A stretch of DNA of 64,000 nucleotides, from contig JAGGVU010000006.1 of the NCBI GenBank assembly GCA_021157845.1, positions 4,070 to 68,069 of the forward strand. The letters are read 5' to 3'. The translations under genes and the position numbers were made by a program. The stretch is from Candidatus Aenigmatarchaeota archaeon. GTDB taxonomy: Archaea > Aenigmatarchaeota > Aenigmatarchaeia > GW2011-AR5 > JAGGXF01. Position 1 is the stretch's first letter. Each line of letters starts with the position of its first letter. Positions 1 through 13,822 of the stretch are shown in pieces. Below the pieces are notes generated by a model, which ran no database searches, was not told the DNA's origin, and saw only the letters and a list, made by a program, of their open reading frames with translations.

Positions 1-1989
1 TGGTGTTGTTGGACATGTTCCGCAGTCCTCTGGACATAAGTCACATGACTCATCTGCCTGGCATATGCCATCACCGCAGTATGTACCTGTATATGTACAG
101 GTCATAGTTTCTTCTGGTTTACCTGCTGTTGTGCCGCAATTGTTTAAATCCGTACATGTTCTTGTTTGTATACCAGCGGGTGAGCACTCAGACCAATCAG
201 TACATGACCAATCTGCTGTACATGTGGTATATCCTCCGCCACCTCCACCGCCTGTTCTTGGCGTATAGCAGGTTCCATCTGTTCTGCACGATTGCCCAGA
301 TGGACATCCGCAGGTTGCACAATTATCAACTAAGCTTCCACTATCACAATACTTGGGCAAAGTAGAAGAACATTCACCATATAGAGTTCCGTCAGAGCAG
401 ATTTCTTTTCCGCCGAGTAAATAAACGCTGTTTTCTGGATAAATTTCAGCACAAACTGTATATGGGTCTGAATTCTCATGAACAGTTGTTAATTCTTCCC
501 AGACTCCGGTTGTAGCGTTTTTATGATAGATTCTGAGACGATAATCAGGCCATGACGTTCCACTGACATTATAACACAACATCATTGTAGCATCTGTTGT
601 AACATTTATCTCATAAGCAGAGTCCGGATAATATGCTGTATTGGCCGGATAGTCAGATGGTGTTACAGGCGATATGTCATTAACAGTCACTGATTCAGGT
701 GAAGCTGAATGTATTATTAAAATAGCTCCATAAGACTGCATAGACCCATTTGTGAAATCATATAGACTTGTATTTATATGTCCGGGTACGAATTTGCTAT
801 GATCTGAAAGTATGATATACCGTGCTCCATCTACCTGTCCGCTAAAGCTGTAATCTATATCAATATGGGTTTCATTACGGTTCATGGCTCTGTCCATTAA
901 TCTTGCATAATAAACATGACTGCCTATTGGGAAATGATTTGGATCATCCCACATTGAAATATTTTTTGTGCAGGACCAGTTATTATTATTTTGATTACAG
1001 CTCCAATCTGAATTTATTTGATATTCACTGGAGTTAAAGAAATATTTTGAAGAGCCAGTGTATTTCAGAATATCGACAGTTGGTGGATTTTTGTCAAGTT
1101 CTCCAACAAGCTCATAGATATTTGATCTTGTTGGTCCAACGTCTCGGGCATCTATGCTCAAGATAAGCGTATCCCCATTTTTTGCACTATTAAAATTTAG
1201 ACTTGGTTTAGAATTATCTATATTTAACGGATCTGCTCCTGTCCACACTACATCTGGCCATCTACCAGTTGAGTCTGTTATGATATATCTGTATAACCCT
1301 TCTGCACTTAAGGAGGCAAAGTTAAGTTTCATGTTATTGCCTGTCCCATTTACAGTCAAATTTGCAACAGGTATTTTACAACCATTAATCACATCTCCAA
1401 CATCAGTTGCAGAAGTGCAATTTCTCAATTCAAACTTATGAACAGTTCCTGGAGTTGCGTAGTTGGTTGATAAAACAGGATATCCGGTAGTCCATTTATA
1501 TAAGCCCTCAAAGGTGTTATTTAAATAAAATCTCAAAACAGCAGGCGTATCTGGTGCTGACCCGGACAAGTTTGCAAACCCATATACATAATAATATTTG
1601 TCAGCTGAGTCATACATGACAAATTCGTAAACAGATACCAGGGCAGTAACTGAACCATCTGTAACTTCTGCATGATCTGTTAACCAGTCAGCAGATGAAA
1701 TCCAAGTTGGCTGCGAAGAGCGGTTTTTATAAAGAGAATATGACTTTACAACAACTCCATTACTATTTGTTATAGTCAACCTGCAGGAAAGCTGGTTGTT
1801 TTCACAATGAAGAGAATTTCCTGTCATATCAAATATAATTGGTGGCTTATTCAGATAGCTGTATGCATCTTTGTTGTTAACAACAAGCTGAGAAATAAGA
1901 TTGTCATTGGATTGCTGTATAGCTAAAGCCACACCTGCAAGTTCTATGATAACTAAAATAATTCCAACTAGCTTAAATATTTTATTCAT
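1..1989 (-). CDS. Secreted Cys-rich surface protein, 3'-truncated by the window edge (N-terminal 663 aa present). It has a signal peptide and a Cys-rich C-terminal region with a TSP1-like motif.
   Basis: ATG at 1989 on the minus strand, followed by an uninterrupted 663-codon frame running off the window start (not in the ORF track because no stop lies in the window). N-terminus MNKIFKLVGIILVIIELAGVALA is a signal peptide or anchor. The 5'-most 300 nt of the window encode GGGGGG and many Cys (WSCTDWSECS...QTRTCTD...NCG). Confidence 0.6.
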   Translation of the reverse strand, partial: MNKIFKLVGIILVIIELAGVALAIQQSNDNLISQLVVNNKDAYSYLNKPPIIFDMTGNSLHCENNQLSCRLTITNSNGVVVKSYSLYKNRSSQPTWISSADWLTDHAEVTDGSVTALVSVYEFVMYDSADKYYYVYGFANLSGSAPDTPAVLRFYLNNTFEGLYKWTTGYPVLSTNYATPGTVHKFELRNCTSATDVGDVINGCKIPVANLTVNGTGNNMKLNFASLSAEGLYRYIITDSTGRWPDVVWTGADPLNIDNSKPSLNFNSAKNGDTLILSIDARDVGPTRSNIYELVGELDKNPPTVDILKYTGSSKYFFNSSEYQINSDWSCNQNNNNWSCTKNISMWDDPNHFPIGSHVYYARLMDRAMNRNETHIDIDYSFSGQVDGARYIILSDHSKFVPGHINTSLYDFTNGSMQSYGAILIIHSASPESVTVNDISPVTPSDYPANTAYYPDSAYEINVTTDATMMLCYNVSGTSWPDYRLRIYHKNATTGVWEELTTVHENSDPYTVCAEIYPENSVYLLGGKEICSDGTLYGECSSTLPKYCDSGSLVDNCATCGCPSGQSCRTDGTCYTPRTGGGGGGGYTTCTADWSCTDWSECSPAGIQTRTCTDLNNCGTTAGKPEETMTCTYTGTYCGDGICQADESCDLCPEDCGTCPTTP

Positions 1990-2074
1990 ATCCACACCTG
2001 AAATTTTTTATTTTTATCATTTAAATGATTATTTTCTTCGGTTTTTTGCCACTAAATAAATATAAAACAAAAAA

Positions 2075-5000
2075 CTAAAAATGGAGCTTCAATATCTTTC
2101 CTTTTGATAATTTGGCAAAGGAAACCAAAGCTCCCAGCCCGACTAATGCTAATATTGCTATTAACGCTGAATGTTGAGATATAAATGGCATGCCTGTCGG
2201 CGACCAGAATCCTGGTGCTGCTGCTACAGGTTCGGTCACGCTGGCAGATACAGCCTTTCCTTCTTTAGTCATATATATGGCTTTTGTTTGCTCCCAATTT
2301 CCTGTTGTATCCTTTGCGTGCACGAAGATACATCTTCCAGCATAGTTTCCGGATACAGTAGTCATTACCTCTTCTAGGTTCTTGTCATTGTCAAATGAGC
2401 TATCAAACGGAAGCAATTTATATACAGAGCCTGTTCCATTATTAAATGAACCGTCTGCATTATACATAGAGGTTAAAGGTGTACAGTTTTCTCCTATATT
2501 TTGTCTAGTGTTTCCTGGTCCTATGTAAATTTCTGCATCTGTTATATTGGAACTTATGTCCTTAACAACGGCCTTGACTGTTGTTGTAGCTCCACCACCA
2601 TTTACAGTCGTATCATCCAGTGCAACTATTGTTTCTGGTGGTGTTCCATCAACTGCTAATGACATAGGTGCTGAAGTTGTTTTATGTCCTGCTTCGTCTT
2701 CTGCCTCAACTACTACACTATATGTTCCATCAACTCCTATCTTGTTTGCGCTTATTGTTCCTGAACCAGTACCAGTTAAATCAAAGTCTGCGAGTGTGTT
2801 TCCGTTTACATCTTTAACATATGCTTTTACATTCTTGATATTTGCCTCTGTTATCGTACAGCTTATATCTGCTGTCGGATTCACAGAATTTAGCGGATAG
2901 TATGATATAAGGTTCTTTGTTAATGAACACCCGCTAACACTAGGAGAGGTTGTATCAATTGTGAAGTTTGTTTTTCCATAGCCTGTTAAGCTCTGTTCTG
3001 GTGAATCAGCTATGTTTCCTGCTAAATCTGTACATTTTATATAATATTCGTGGAACCCTTCTGACAGTCCTGTCAACTGTGCGTAATGTGCAGCTGTTCC
3101 CTGACCATCTGTAAAGTCTGTATATGTTCCGCTCAAGCTTGTACTGTATTTGCAGTTTGTTGCTTCTGTTGTTATAACATTTAGGTTAACAGTTCCGCTG
3201 GATATATACTCATCCGATGGGCTTATATCAATTATAAGCGGCTTTGTAGTGTCAACTGTAAACACAATTACAGATGACGAATCCATTACATTTCCATTTA
3301 CATCTTTACATCTTACAAAAATTGCATTTGCCCCCTCTATTACTGTTCCTGCTGGCAAACTAATAGTCTTTGGTGTACCAGCTGTTGTTGTGAACTCATT
3401 TGCCTGCGGCATATTTGCAAATATCTTGTCATTTGTGTCCCATCTGCATGTTGCATCAACATCTGTTTTAACTGTAAATTCTGATGGGGTTGATGTCTGG
3501 TATCCTGATGGTCCGGTCGTTTCAATTGTAGGTGCTATTGAATCAATAGAAAATGTTGATGTATGTATATAATTGATATTTCCTGCCTTATCCTTACAGC
3601 CAAAGTATATGGTATAACTCCCATCCTGCTCAACTGTCTTTTGACCATAATGGTCTAATCCGTCAGATGTAGACATTAAATGATCCATGTTATCATACGT
3701 AACATCATTTGTGCTGAATCTACACGATGTCCACTCATCTGTGTGTACAAAGGTTGCAAACGATCTTGAGTTTTGTGCTCCACTAGGGGTTGCTCCACTT
3801 AAGACTGGAGGTGTTGTATCAACTGTCAAACTTCTTGAGCCTGACCAGCTTCCCCAGTTTCCTGCGTTATCCTGAGCTCTTACCTTCCATGTGTAGGTTC
3901 CTTCACCAAGATTATTGGTTGGGGCGAAACTTGTTGTGCCTGCTTGATACGAAGCGGTATCTATCATTATTTCATACTGACTTACTCCGCTTATCTCATC
4001 TGTTGCAGAGCCCCAGACAAATGTTGGTGTCTGATCATTCGTATAATAATTAACTTCTGGTGAAATTAATGCTGGCACCGAAGGTGGGGTTGTATCAACT
4101 ATAACAGTTAATAAGTTGGACCATTCTCCTTCGTTGCCTGCGCTGTCAACCGCTCTGATTCTATAATAATATGTTCCATCTGGTTTTCCGGTATATGATT
4201 TTGACGTTGTAAGACCGACACTTGTTATTACGCCGTTTTCCATAATGTCATATCTCAATATCCCGTTTGTATCGGTTGCCGGTGTCCAGCTTATTTGATA
4301 GCTTCCGTCTGTATCATAAGGTGAATTATCTATAGAAGCGCTTGCTGTTACAGTTGTCGGCTCCATCGTGTCTACAATTATATTTTCAATATTGGACCAC
4401 CCACTGCATAAGCCGACTTGGTCACATGCTCTAACTCTTCCATACCATGTTCCATCAGGAACTTCGCTTATTGAATATGAAAGACTGCTTGTTTTGCTTC
4501 CCAACACGCCTGTCGTAAATGTCTGATCCATACTGACTTCTCCTTTGTAATAGTCTATTCCTGAACCAGTTCCGTCATCTGAAGCAAACCAAGTCAATGT
4601 CAATACACCGTCATTGTCATATCCGTCTCCATCCAGATCTGATACGTCTAATATCGGAGGAGATGGTGGATTATTATCAGACACTATTTGTATTGTAGTT
4701 GAATCTCGGCAGTTTCCAATTGCATCACATCCTCTAACCTTTAGTGTATGAGCACCGTCAGCATAACTGCCCGTATTCCAAGGTGCTGTCCAACTATTGT
4801 AATATGATGTGTCATTATGTATCATAGTCCCATCTACATAAAATTCTACATATTGTGTTCCGCTAACAGCGTCACTTGCTATTGCTTCTATTGTAACAGT
4901 TCCTGTAGCAATGCCTTGATCTATCGGTTTTACAATAGCCATTGAAGCCATAGCTCTGTTGTCAACAACAACTGTTGTCATCTCAGAATATCCAACATTA

Positions 5001-8000
5001 CCAACAGAGTCGCTTGCTTTTGCCTGCAAGCCGTAAGCTAATCCGTCTGTTGCTAATGTAGTATCCCAGTTAAATGTACATGATGGTCCTGTGCAACTTG
5101 GATTGGTCCATGTTTGACCGCCATCTGTTGAAACTTCAGCTGTTGAATAATCTATATGTGAATCAGACATTGTGAATGTTATTTCAACAATTCCTTTAAC
5201 GAACTGATTGTTTGAAGGTGTTGTAATTGATATAGCAGGCGGTGTATTATCAATATCTATAGTTCGCAATGGATCTATAGTTACATGACCTGCATAGTCA
5301 ACCATGCTAACTCTTATATAATATGTTCCATCTGCAACTTCTGTTGTGTCCCAGTGTACCTGATATTGCCATTGTGAACCAACAGGAGTTTTGGAAGCAT
5401 CCACATTTATTTTGTACCATGGTCCTGAATTGCTTGTTGAATATTCAAAGTCTGTTGCAACTACATCATTGTCAGAAGTTGTTGCTGTTATTTCTATTGT
5501 TCCGCTTACTGGTGATGTAGGAACATTAACCGTGAAACTTGGTGCTGTGCAGTCAACTATTATAGGAACTTCAGTCGAAGTTAATGAATTTCCTTCTCCG
5601 TCTGTTGCAGTCGCTTTTAACTTCGTCGCTCCGGTATGACTACAGGCATCAAAGCTCGCTGTCCAAGGAGCACTTGAATCTGTTGAAATTGTGTGCCAGC
5701 TTCCATCATAATATTCAAATCCAACACTTGCCACACCGCTTAATCTATCAGCTGTAACAGCTTGTATGGTTGTTGTTCCAGTCAAGTATTGGTCATGATA
5801 AGGATATGTAATTGCAATTGATTCTGCTCCCGTGTTATCAACACTGACAACTTTAACTTCTGACTCTCCTAGGTTGCCTGCAACATCATTTATTTTTGCA
5901 ATTATCGTATGTTCACCATCCTGGTAAGATGCTGTGTTCCACGTATATGTACATGAAGTTGCTCCACAACCAGTTGGTGAAACAGATATTCCATCAATCA
6001 ATAGGTCTGCGGTTGAGGTATCAATTGCATTATCAGCATATGTGAATGTTATAGCTATCGAACCACTAACAAACGTTGTTGTTGGTGTTGTAATTGAAAC
6101 AACAGGAATTGTTCTGTCAACAGTTATGCTTTTAACAGCAGACCATGGTCCAACATTTCCAAGTTTATCTACTGCTCTCACTCTAGCAAACCATGTTCCA
6201 TCTGTTGGTATGTTATTGAAAGATGCGAACAACGATGTTATTGGACCACTGCTTAACACGCCTGTCGTAAATGTCGAATCCATACTGACTTCTGCCTCAT
6301 AATAGTCAACACCTATTCCAGTATCTGTTGCTGCTGGCCAAGTTACGCTTATATCTCCATCACAGTCATATCCAGCATTGCAATTTGAAGATTGTGATGC
6401 ATATATAGATATCTGGCTTGGTGCTGTGTTGTCAATACCTACTGTAACAATGTCAGATTCTTGACAATAATTATTTATATCGCAAGCATAGGCTGTGATA
6501 TCGTGTGACCCATCTAATACAGTTGTTGTATCCAGACTAATATTCCATTTTTCGTCGCTATGATCGTTGTCTGTTCCTATATATGTTCCGTCAATCCTGA
6601 ATGTTACATTCGCAACACCAGAAGCGTCCCATGTATCAGCTGTCAGCTGGACTGTACCAGTTAACCAGTCACCTTCTTCTGGGCTGACTACGTGAACTTC
6701 TGGAGGAATGGTATCAACTAATATAGCATCTATAACAACCTGATACAGGCTGTCTATAACTATTCCATCTTTTGTATCAGCTTCATAACCTGGCTTTGAT
6801 ATGTGTATGTGAACTGGGTTGTCCACAGGTCCTGATAGTGCATTCAACGGATATAAAACAACACCGTTTGGTCCGTCTTCCCAGCTGAAATCCGGCAACC
6901 ACCACTGTTCTATGCTTCTATTTACTGTGCTGTTCCAGCCGTTTTCTCCGTCTGTTATGATGAACGTGTTCGTGTAGCCCAATCCTGACAAGCCATAGTC
7001 CATAGGTGATATGAACAATCTCATAGCCATATCTCCTTCTGTTGGTGTGCACTTGTCAGGAAGTATGTCTATGTAATAGCCTGGCTTGAACGTGTAGGAG
7101 AATCCCGAACCCGTACAATAATCTCCATCTGACACCGCAATAGGCGTATAGCCAACACCGGGTTTATATACTCCTATGGTGTTCCACCGGGCGTAATACT
7201 TTGGGTCTCCCAAACCAGTTCCTGGACAAAATGCGAAGTCGTAGACACCATATTCATATTTTAATTGCTTATCAAAACTATACGATGTACAACCAAGCAA
7301 CGAAACTGGCATGACTGTTCCACCGTTCTCGACACATTCCTGATAAGTCTGAGGACCTGTTCCAACAAGTGTAGGTCCATCACTAACCAGTTCCACAGGT
7401 ATCCAGCAGAAGTATTGGTCTGAGTCTGAAGGTGGTAATGTATGTCCTGAATCCTCAACAACTACTGTAAATCCTTCAATTGGGTGGTCAAACTGGTCGT
7501 AAGCATTGACTCTTAATGAATATGGCATTCCTGAACATTGTTGAGAAACTACACCATCAACAGGCCCTGTTGGTGCAAATGTATCACAAGTGACATTTCT
7601 GCTGAAATTTAATGCGGTCTGGTAATTACTTGATAATTCAATGTCATCTAACGCCTCATCCGGTCGTGTTGATATTCCATGCTTAGATGTTCCCCTTGTT
7701 ACATAACCGTCTTTCTTGATTTCAAGATAATAATCGCAGTTATTACCAATCGCTGGTATGTAATATTTCTGGGTTATCGGGTCCCAAACATAATCCACAT
7801 GTGGAAATTCATCATCTGGATCTGGGTCATCATCATAATAATAATCAGGTAAACCATCACCAGTTTTATAAGGTGCATAACATACAGGTGGATTTGGATC
7901 TGATGGATCTATTGGTATATCTGGATTCAAAACAATCCTTGCATCATATATCCTATGATTATATTCTGTTGTCTTTTCGTCCCAGATATCTAATTTCAAT

Positions 8001-11000
8001 GTATACAATAATCCATCTCCGTTCAATCTCTGTGGCGTATCATCGTCACAGTATGTTGCATAGGTAGTGTAACCGCCTTGTGATGGATCCAACGAGAATC
8101 CTCCAGCGACGTTGTTCTCATTTTTGACGCAATGTCTATCATAATCACCCCACATTACTGTCTTCTGGACGTTCGGGTCAGGTGTGACCTCTATATCTTC
8201 GTCAACGTAACCCGGACCGTGTGCTGTTAATGTTATTGAGGACGTACCTTTTATTGGTAAGAATAGGTCTGTGTCCCCATCTCCTCTTGGGTCGCCATAA
8301 TGGCTAGAGGTACCAGCAGCGTAATTGCGGCCTGTAGGATCTGCAATTCTTGTAGGATCGCTCACGTCGACATCTGTCTCTCCTATGACGAGGCCACCAG
8401 TGGAATCTGCTATATCTAACTTAGTACCCAATTCGTTGTAGATGTCAACAACTCTTATTGTGAACGGATTGTAATATTCATGATAATATTGTGCTTGGTC
8501 TGTAATAGTATCGCTGTCATATTGGTATACATAACCATCTAGATACTCTCTCATATCTACAGCAACACTTGCCGAATTTCCAAATCCGTATGCATCTCCT
8601 GGGCTGTATGCCCAATACATATATTCATCATTAGAGTTATCAGCATCACAGTAGCCTGTTTCTATTGGTGAACCAACAGTTGTGCCTTCTGTGCATGTCT
8701 GCACACCACCATTTGTAACTTTGAGTTCGTATCCTTCCTTAGGGTTGTTTAATTCATCAGAAGCTTTAACTTTTATAGTGTAAAGCATGGTAATATCGTT
8801 CGTAGTGTCTGAAGATATAGACTCGTCATTAATTGGATAATCTACCCAGCCTGTCTTCTCATAGAGGAAATCATAAGTTCCTGAAGCCAGGTATAATCTA
8901 TAAGACCCTCCAGAGATTGTATTAGTCCACATAGTTGCGTCTCCTGATGAGGAGCCTTCCCTTGCTGAGACCAAAACATTTGTCAGCCCGGTGTTTTGGG
9001 CTTCTTCTGTCACTATTCCGTCTTTCAAAACATCTAAATCTTCTGTTATTGTTCCGCCTTTTGTACTGTCATCAAAAACATGGTAAATTATATAATTATT
9101 AGATATATCAGCGTCTGTTATTTTCTTGCAGAATCCTCCCGGCATATAATCATGTGTTCCAGAGTTATCATGCAAATATTGCAGGAAGAATTGTGCATAA
9201 TCCGCATTGCTATAAAATCCGTTATCTGATGGGTGAACTGTTTCTGAACTTAACTTTGTGCTTCCACAATTGTAAGGAGTTCCATCAGAGTCATAAATTT
9301 CTATTGTATCACTTCCGCCTTCAAGATTGGAATGTGCTTCGCCAATTACTTCACCGACATCCATTTCCCAGGCATTTCCGCCTGTCGCTGATGACGCAAC
9401 AGGCCACTCAAATACTTTCTTTCCGTTAGAATCGCAGAAAACTGCATAATATGTTGAGTCGTCTGCTTTCATGTAAACTGTGTAATCAGGTGAGCCACCT
9501 GTTTGTATTAAATCAATATCATGTAAGTTTGAATTAGATGCCACTTCTGTCTCAGCAGCACTCCAGCTTACAGAACATCCTTGTCCTGAAATTGTCCATA
9601 ATTCTACCCATCCGTTATTTAAGTGCTCATCAACATCTCCTGATAATGAATCAATATTATTGGTATAAGTCCCAGCTGTGCTCCAGTCTTCGCCATATAA
9701 TGTGAACTCAAGACTTCCGCTCACATAGTATTGAACATCAACAGAACCATCAGTTATTGTAAACAATTTATATACATGGTCTGTATCAAAGTCTGCCGTG
9801 TATGCATCGCTGCCATCAATGGCTCCGTTTTGGTCAAGGTCAGCAGCTACTTTTGTTATATCTGTTGTTGCTTTTCCTGTTTTCTCAACAACCAAATCTT
9901 TTGTTTGTGCATAATTTGCGCCAATTGTGAAACCGTTTCCTCTTGAAGCTAAACTGTCAGATGTTGTTGCTTTGATATAATATGTTGTTGAAGTTGGATT
10001 TGTCTGGTCTGCTTCAAAGTATTGTGTATAATCTGGTGTACTTGTTCCTGTTGGATTTACTGTCTCACTGCTCAATTTGTTGCTTCCGCAATCGATTGTA
10101 TCCCAGACTTCTATTGTTCCGCCATACAAATCTGAATGCGTGTCTCCAGATAATTTTCCAACATTAAATACATCACCATCCAAGCTTCCTGTATTTGTTT
10201 GTTCTTGGTCTCTTGTCAATACTACTGGATTAGTATGGGCATCGTACCACCAGTTTCCGTTCAATGCACTAACAGAATCAAAGTACATCGCATAAACTGA
10301 TGGGATTGAGCCATCTGTTTCGGCAAGTGCAATTGTCCATGGAGTTGCGTCATGTAATGTAATTGTCTTAATGTCATTGTGTGTTGTTCCGGTCAGTCTA
10401 TTATCCAAGTTTAGGGTTATCATATCTCCGCCTGCTATTGCATCGATAGCATTGTTTGCGTTGTTTGTATCAACATCTAATCTCCATGACACAAGCGAAG
10501 CAGAATCTGTCATTTTCAAATCTATATTGTCAACATCTATCGGTGTCGCCAATGAGTCATCTGACTCTATGAAATAAACTTCATAACTATCTAAACCAGT
10601 ATCTCCAGAGTCTGTGTAGAAGCTTGTTGAGCTTAATAATGTTCCGCCAATTCTATCTGTGTAAACATCAAATCCTGCATTGTTGAAATTATCATTTACT
10701 GTTCCAGACAATTTTGCAACATCTATTGTGAATGTTTGCCCGCCTGCCTGATCCGTAAAACTCCATTTTAATACAACGTTTCCAGATTTACAGAATAGAA
10801 TATCATAAGTTCTGGAGTCGTCTTCAAAATAAAGTGTATACGAACCACTTGATGATGTTGTTTGAGTGTAATATAATCCTCCGCATGCACCGTCTGCATA
10901 TGTACTAGGTGCGGTGCCATACTCAAGTTCAACAGAATCTATGTCAGTTGGTATGGTACCAGTCACTTTTGAGATATCATTTGTGTATGTCGCTTCTGAT

Positions 11001-13822
11001 GGGAAACTATCATCTAATGTTAGCAATAAGCTTGGAGTAGAATCATAATAATTAACATCAACATTGTTGTCCACTATTGTGAATAAATGATATTTATATT
11101 CAGAGCCTGTGCTAACAACTTGCGTATATGCGTCATTGTCATCTGGCAAAGAACCATCCCAGTCAACCGCAACGTTTGCTATGTCAGATGTTACAACACC
11201 GGTTTTATCAGCAACTAAATTTTGAACAGCTGTCCCGCCAGCATTTGTTGAAAATGGGTTGCCGCATGTTGAGAAAGTGTCTCCATTGTTCATTATCGTA
11301 TTTATGTAGTACTGCTCATAACTTGGAGTAGTTGTTTCAAAATATTGCATATAATCGTTTGTTCCTCCAATATATCCATCATCATTAGGTTGTCTGTCTT
11401 CTGAAGATAGTTTATTTGTGCATAAAGAATCAGCATAAACTTCTATGTTATCTGAGCCGTCTCCACTATTTTCTAAATTAGAATGTGCGTCACCGACTAG
11501 TTTTGCAACATTAAAGGTTGCACTATTAAGTGTGTTTGAGTTTCCAGTCCAGCCTGTTCTTGTTCTGCTCAAAACAAGATTAGGTGTGCCTGCTGTGTAA
11601 AGTTCGTCATAAACATCTAAATACCAGTTAGAGCCGGTTATAGAATCAAAGTACATTTTATAAGTGTGAGGCCAAGTCCCTGTGATTACTAATTTAACGT
11701 AATCTCCATTTGTTTGTTCACTCAAAATTATATAATTAACACTAATTGGAAGTGTTCCTGTCAGAGTGTAAATCATGTCAAGCGTGATGTCATCTCCACC
11801 AGAAATTGTATCGGCTTTGTCTCCGTCGCTCGGATTATTATCAACATCCATCCTGAGTGTATATTCACTTGACCCAGAGTCGTCTTTGAAGTAGACATCT
11901 ACATTTCCGTCGGATAAAACACCACCATCCGTGGTTGGTGTGCATTCAAAATAAGCATAATAAGAATCGTCATTCGCTCCGCTATTATCTGTCACAAAAT
12001 ATAATGAATTTAACGGAGTTCCAGGATATGAATCATAAATCCATACCGGTGAGGTGCCACCGGTGTTGAAATTTTCATCTATATTTCCAGATAATTTTGC
12101 AACATCTAGTTGAATATTAGATGCAAACATTTTTGTTCTTGTTAACACTGTTTGCGTTGAGTCACGAAATTCTATATCTGTATTGCCTGACAAATCGGAA
12201 TACATCCTATAATTTCCGCTTCCGTCTGGAGTTGTCTTTGCATCTTTGAAATCATCCCAAAATCCAGCATCTTGATCGATATCAGTTTGTATAAGAGTTA
12301 TATCAGTATGAACAGTTCCATATAGTTTATCTTCTGGGCTGTATAGTATTTCATCACCTGCTGAAGCAGATGAGCCATAAACCATTGTATCGTAAGTTGG
12401 GCCATCAATCTTTACATAAGAGTTTGCTAAACCACCTGTTGCATCAAAATATACCTCATATTCCCCTGTTGAATCATCTGGATCACCGGGATAAGACGGA
12501 TCGCTTATTTTGGTTGTAAACGAAGAGTCAGAATAAACTTCTATTTTATAACCTGTTTTCAAATCATCGTGGGCAGTCCCGTAATATTTTGCTAGGTCTA
12601 GTTGGATATCATGACTTGAACAGGTTGTACTGCTTGTATCAGGGATTGATAAAGATTTTGTGAACACTTCGCTGCCACTTTTCCAGAATTTTATTGTTCC
12701 AACAAAATTATCTTTTACATACAGAGCATAATTTCCGCTTCCGTCTGGAGTTGTTTTATATGTTAATGTTCCGTCGCTGATACTGACTTCATCTATATCT
12801 GTTGGTACAGTACCATATACCTTCACAACAGCGTCCTGCGAGCTAAAGCCTAATGACAATCCTTCAATTAAAGTTGGATTTGTCGCTGCAGTCGAATGTA
12901 AAGCCATTGTAATTATTCCAGAAGAAGGATTATCATAATAAAGGGTATAGTCATCATCAGAATCATCATAACAATCACCATCAGTTACGTAAGACATTCC
13001 TATGTTATTTCCATCAGAATCCCATACGTAGAGAATTGTACCATCAAAATCATCATGTAAATCTCCTTGTGCTTTCGTATCAGGTGCAAAAGTGGGATAA
13101 ACAGCAAAATTATTATAACCATTGGCTGAAGTTACGTTTATTATTCTTCCGGTTGATTTTGTTGCATCAAATTGACAGACATTTGTCTGGTCATTATCTA
13201 AATAAACGTAAATATTATTTGAAACAATACTTTCATCAATCGGATACCATTGGTCATATTCAATATTACTACCGCCGATACCTCTTAATTCAGTGTCTAA
13301 TCTCGTTGAGCCATGACAAACAAAAACATTATCAGAGTTTAGGTCTGAATGTAGATTTGTACCTTTAACTCGTGCTAAATCAATAACATAAGTTTGTCCT
13401 TCGGTCACACTTTTAGAATACCACGTTCTTAGTACACCAGTAGCAGTTCCAAGACAATAGTAGACATAAACTGTCTGCGAAGGGCTTGCTGTTAAACTAA
13501 AAGTAAGTGAATAATCAACATCATCGTCATAATTTGTATTTCCAACTCCACTTGTCAAAGCTAAAAGATTGGTCCCAGTATCTGCACTCCCATCACATGG
13601 TCCAGTTTGCGATGCATCATAAATTTCAATAGTATAACTAACATTTGTATCAGGCAAATCACCTCTTACAACAACATTAGTTGCTTGTGCAAAAACTGCA
13701 GAGCTAACGCTAATAAGGGTAAGCATGAAAACTGCAAATAACACCGCAAATTTAGTTGAATCAGTTTTATTTTCAAATGTGTTATTCATTTTCACACCTC
13801 CGTTAAATATGTTAAATATCAT
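2075..13822 (-). CDS. Giant modular cell-surface protein (3915 aa) with an N-terminal signal/TM segment, many repeated beta-rich modules, Ig/FN3-like ~100-aa repeats and a C-terminal TM anchor.
   Basis: Single 11.7-kb ORF with a GGAGGTG RBS 12 nt upstream of the ATG at 13822. The N-terminal hydrophobic segment is [23 protein letters not shown]. Repeated modules are visible in the translation (VAKLSG..NFN..G, KLSSE..., DNTPPxISITTP / DTTPPSV / [12 protein letters not shown] / [12 protein letters not shown]). The C-terminus is ...[43 protein letters not shown] (TM helix plus basic tail). Confidence 0.85.
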   Translation of the reverse strand: MIFNIFNGGVKMNNTFENKTDSTKFAVLFAVFMLTLISVSSAVFAQATNVVVRGDLPDTNVSYTIEIYDASQTGPCDGSADTGTNLLALTSGVGNTNYDDDVDYSLTFSLTASPSQTVYVYYCLGTATGVLRTWYSKSVTEGQTYVIDLARVKGTNLHSDLNSDNVFVCHGSTRLDTELRGIGGSNIEYDQWYPIDESIVSNNIYVYLDNDQTNVCQFDATKSTGRIINVTSANGYNNFAVYPTFAPDTKAQGDLHDDFDGTILYVWDSDGNNIGMSYVTDGDCYDDSDDDYTLYYDNPSSGIITMALHSTAATNPTLIEGLSLGFSSQDAVVKVYGTVPTDIDEVSISDGTLTYKTTPDGSGNYALYVKDNFVGTIKFWKSGSEVFTKSLSIPDTSSTTCSSHDIQLDLAKYYGTAHDDLKTGYKIEVYSDSSFTTKISDPSYPGDPDDSTGEYEVYFDATGGLANSYVKIDGPTYDTMVYGSSASAGDEILYSPEDKLYGTVHTDITLIQTDIDQDAGFWDDFKDAKTTPDGSGNYRMYSDLSGNTDIEFRDSTQTVLTRTKMFASNIQLDVAKLSGNIDENFNTGGTSPVWIYDSYPGTPLNSLYFVTDNSGANDDSYYAYFECTPTTDGGVLSDGNVDVYFKDDSGSSEYTLRMDVDNNPSDGDKADTISGGDDITLDMIYTLTGTLPISVNYIILSEQTNGDYVKLVITGTWPHTYKMYFDSITGSNWYLDVYDELYTAGTPNLVLSRTRTGWTGNSNTLNSATFNVAKLVGDAHSNLENSGDGSDNIEVYADSLCTNKLSSEDRQPNDDGYIGGTNDYMQYFETTTPSYEQYYINTIMNNGDTFSTCGNPFSTNAGGTAVQNLVADKTGVVTSDIANVAVDWDGSLPDDNDAYTQVVSTGSEYKYHLFTIVDNNVDVNYYDSTPSLLLTLDDSFPSEATYTNDISKVTGTIPTDIDSVELEYGTAPSTYADGACGGLYYTQTTSSSGSYTLYFEDDSRTYDILFCKSGNVVLKWSFTDQAGGQTFTIDVAKLSGTVNDNFNNAGFDVYTDRIGGTLLSSTSFYTDSGDTGLDSYEVYFIESDDSLATPIDVDNIDLKMTDSASLVSWRLDVDTNNANNAIDAIAGGDMITLNLDNRLTGTTHNDIKTITLHDATPWTIALAETDGSIPSVYAMYFDSVSALNGNWWYDAHTNPVVLTRDQEQTNTGSLDGDVFNVGKLSGDTHSDLYGGTIEVWDTIDCGSNKLSSETVNPTGTSTPDYTQYFEADQTNPTSTTYYIKATTSDSLASRGNGFTIGANYAQTKDLVVEKTGKATTDITKVAADLDQNGAIDGSDAYTADFDTDHVYKLFTITDGSVDVQYYVSGSLEFTLYGEDWSTAGTYTNNIDSLSGDVDEHLNNGWVELWTISGQGCSVSWSAAETEVASNSNLHDIDLIQTGGSPDYTVYMKADDSTYYAVFCDSNGKKVFEWPVASSATGGNAWEMDVGEVIGEAHSNLEGGSDTIEIYDSDGTPYNCGSTKLSSETVHPSDNGFYSNADYAQFFLQYLHDNSGTHDYMPGGFCKKITDADISNNYIIYHVFDDSTKGGTITEDLDVLKDGIVTEEAQNTGLTNVLVSAREGSSSGDATMWTNTISGGSYRLYLASGTYDFLYEKTGWVDYPINDESISSDTTNDITMLYTIKVKASDELNNPKEGYELKVTNGGVQTCTEGTTVGSPIETGYCDADNSNDEYMYWAYSPGDAYGFGNSASVAVDMREYLDGYVYQYDSDTITDQAQYYHEYYNPFTIRVVDIYNELGTKLDIADSTGGLVIGETDVDVSDPTRIADPTGRNYAAGTSSHYGDPRGDGDTDLFLPIKGTSSITLTAHGPGYVDEDIEVTPDPNVQKTVMWGDYDRHCVKNENNVAGGFSLDPSQGGYTTYATYCDDDTPQRLNGDGLLYTLKLDIWDEKTTEYNHRIYDARIVLNPDIPIDPSDPNPPVCYAPYKTGDGLPDYYYDDDPDPDDEFPHVDYVWDPITQKYYIPAIGNNCDYYLEIKKDGYVTRGTSKHGISTRPDEALDDIELSSNYQTALNFSRNVTCDTFAPTGPVDGVVSQQCSGMPYSLRVNAYDQFDHPIEGFTVVVEDSGHTLPPSDSDQYFCWIPVELVSDGPTLVGTGPQTYQECVENGGTVMPVSLLGCTSYSFDKQLKYEYGVYDFAFCPGTGLGDPKYYARWNTIGVYKPGVGYTPIAVSDGDYCTGSGFSYTFKPGYYIDILPDKCTPTEGDMAMRLFISPMDYGLSGLGYTNTFIITDGENGWNSTVNRSIEQWWLPDFSWEDGPNGVVLYPLNALSGPVDNPVHIHISKPGYEADTKDGIVIDSLYQVVIDAILVDTIPPEVHVVSPEEGDWLTGTVQLTADTWDASGVANVTFRIDGTYIGTDNDHSDEKWNISLDTTTVLDGSHDITAYACDINNYCQESDIVTVGIDNTAPSQISIYASQSSNCNAGYDCDGDISVTWPAATDTGIGVDYYEAEVSMDSTFTTGVLSSGPITSLFASFNNIPTDGTWFARVRAVDKLGNVGPWSAVKSITVDRTIPVVSITTPTTTFVSGSIAITFTYADNAIDTSTADLLIDGISVSPTGCGATSCTYTWNTASYQDGEHTIIAKINDVAGNLGESEVKVVSVDNTGAESIAITYPYHDQYLTGTTTIQAVTADRLSGVASVGFEYYDGSWHTISTDSSAPWTASFDACSHTGATKLKATATDGEGNSLTSTEVPIIVDCTAPSFTVNVPTSPVSGTIEITATTSDNDVVATDFEYSTSNSGPWYKINVDASKTPVGSQWQYQVHWDTTEVADGTYYIRVSMVDYAGHVTIDPLRTIDIDNTPPAISITTPSNNQFVKGIVEITFTMSDSHIDYSTAEVSTDGGQTWTNPSCTGPSCTFNWDTTLATDGLAYGLQAKASDSVGNVGYSEMTTVVVDNRAMASMAIVKPIDQGIATGTVTIEAIASDAVSGTQYVEFYVDGTMIHNDTSYYNSWTAPWNTGSYADGAHTLKVRGCDAIGNCRDSTTIQIVSDNNPPSPPILDVSDLDGDGYDNDGVLTLTWFASDDGTGSGIDYYKGEVSMDQTFTTGVLGSKTSSLSYSISEVPDGTWYGRVRACDQVGLCSGWSNIENIIVDTMEPTTVTASASIDNSPYDTDGSYQISWTPATDTNGILRYDIMENGVITSVGLTTSKSYTGKPDGTYYYRIRAVDSAGNEGEWSNLLTVIVDTTPPSVPALISPEVNYYTNDQTPTFVWGSATDEISGVSQYEIMIDTASYQAGTTSFAPTNNLGEGTYTWKVRAQDNAGNWGSWSGSRSLTVDTTPPVLSGATPSGAQNSRSFATFVHTDEWTSCRFSTNDVTYDNMDHLMSTSDGLDHYGQKTVEQDGSYTIYFGCKDKAGNINYIHTSTFSIDSIAPTIETTGPSGYQTSTPSEFTVKTDVDATCRWDTNDKIFANMPQANEFTTTAGTPKTISLPAGTVIEGANAIFVRCKDVNGNVMDSSSVIVFTVDTTKPLIIDISPSDEYISSGTVNLNVITTEATNCKYSTSLSGTYTDFTDGQGTAAHYAQLTGLSEGFHEYYIKCTDLAGNIADSPEQSLTGYGKTNFTIDTTSPSVSGCSLTKNLISYYPLNSVNPTADISCTITEANIKNVKAYVKDVNGNTLADFDLTGTGSGTISANKIGVDGTYSVVVEAEDEAGHKTTSAPMSLAVDGTPPETIVALDDTTVNGGGATTTVKAVVKDISSNITDAEIYIGPGNTRQNIGENCTPLTSMYNADGSFNNGTGSVYKLLPFDSSFDNDKNLEEVMTTVSGNYAGRCIFVHAKDTTGNWEQTKAIYMTKEGKAVSASVTEPVAAAPGFWSPTGMPFISQHSALIAILALVGLGALVSFAKLSKGKILKLHF

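Noticed and set aside
2171-13368. Numerous 60-140-aa plus-strand ORFs inside the giant gene (e.g. 2547..2900, 3150..3572, 5934..6302)
   Set aside because: They are antisense to a continuous 11.7-kb ORF with a strong RBS and low-complexity translations; these are shadow ORFs.
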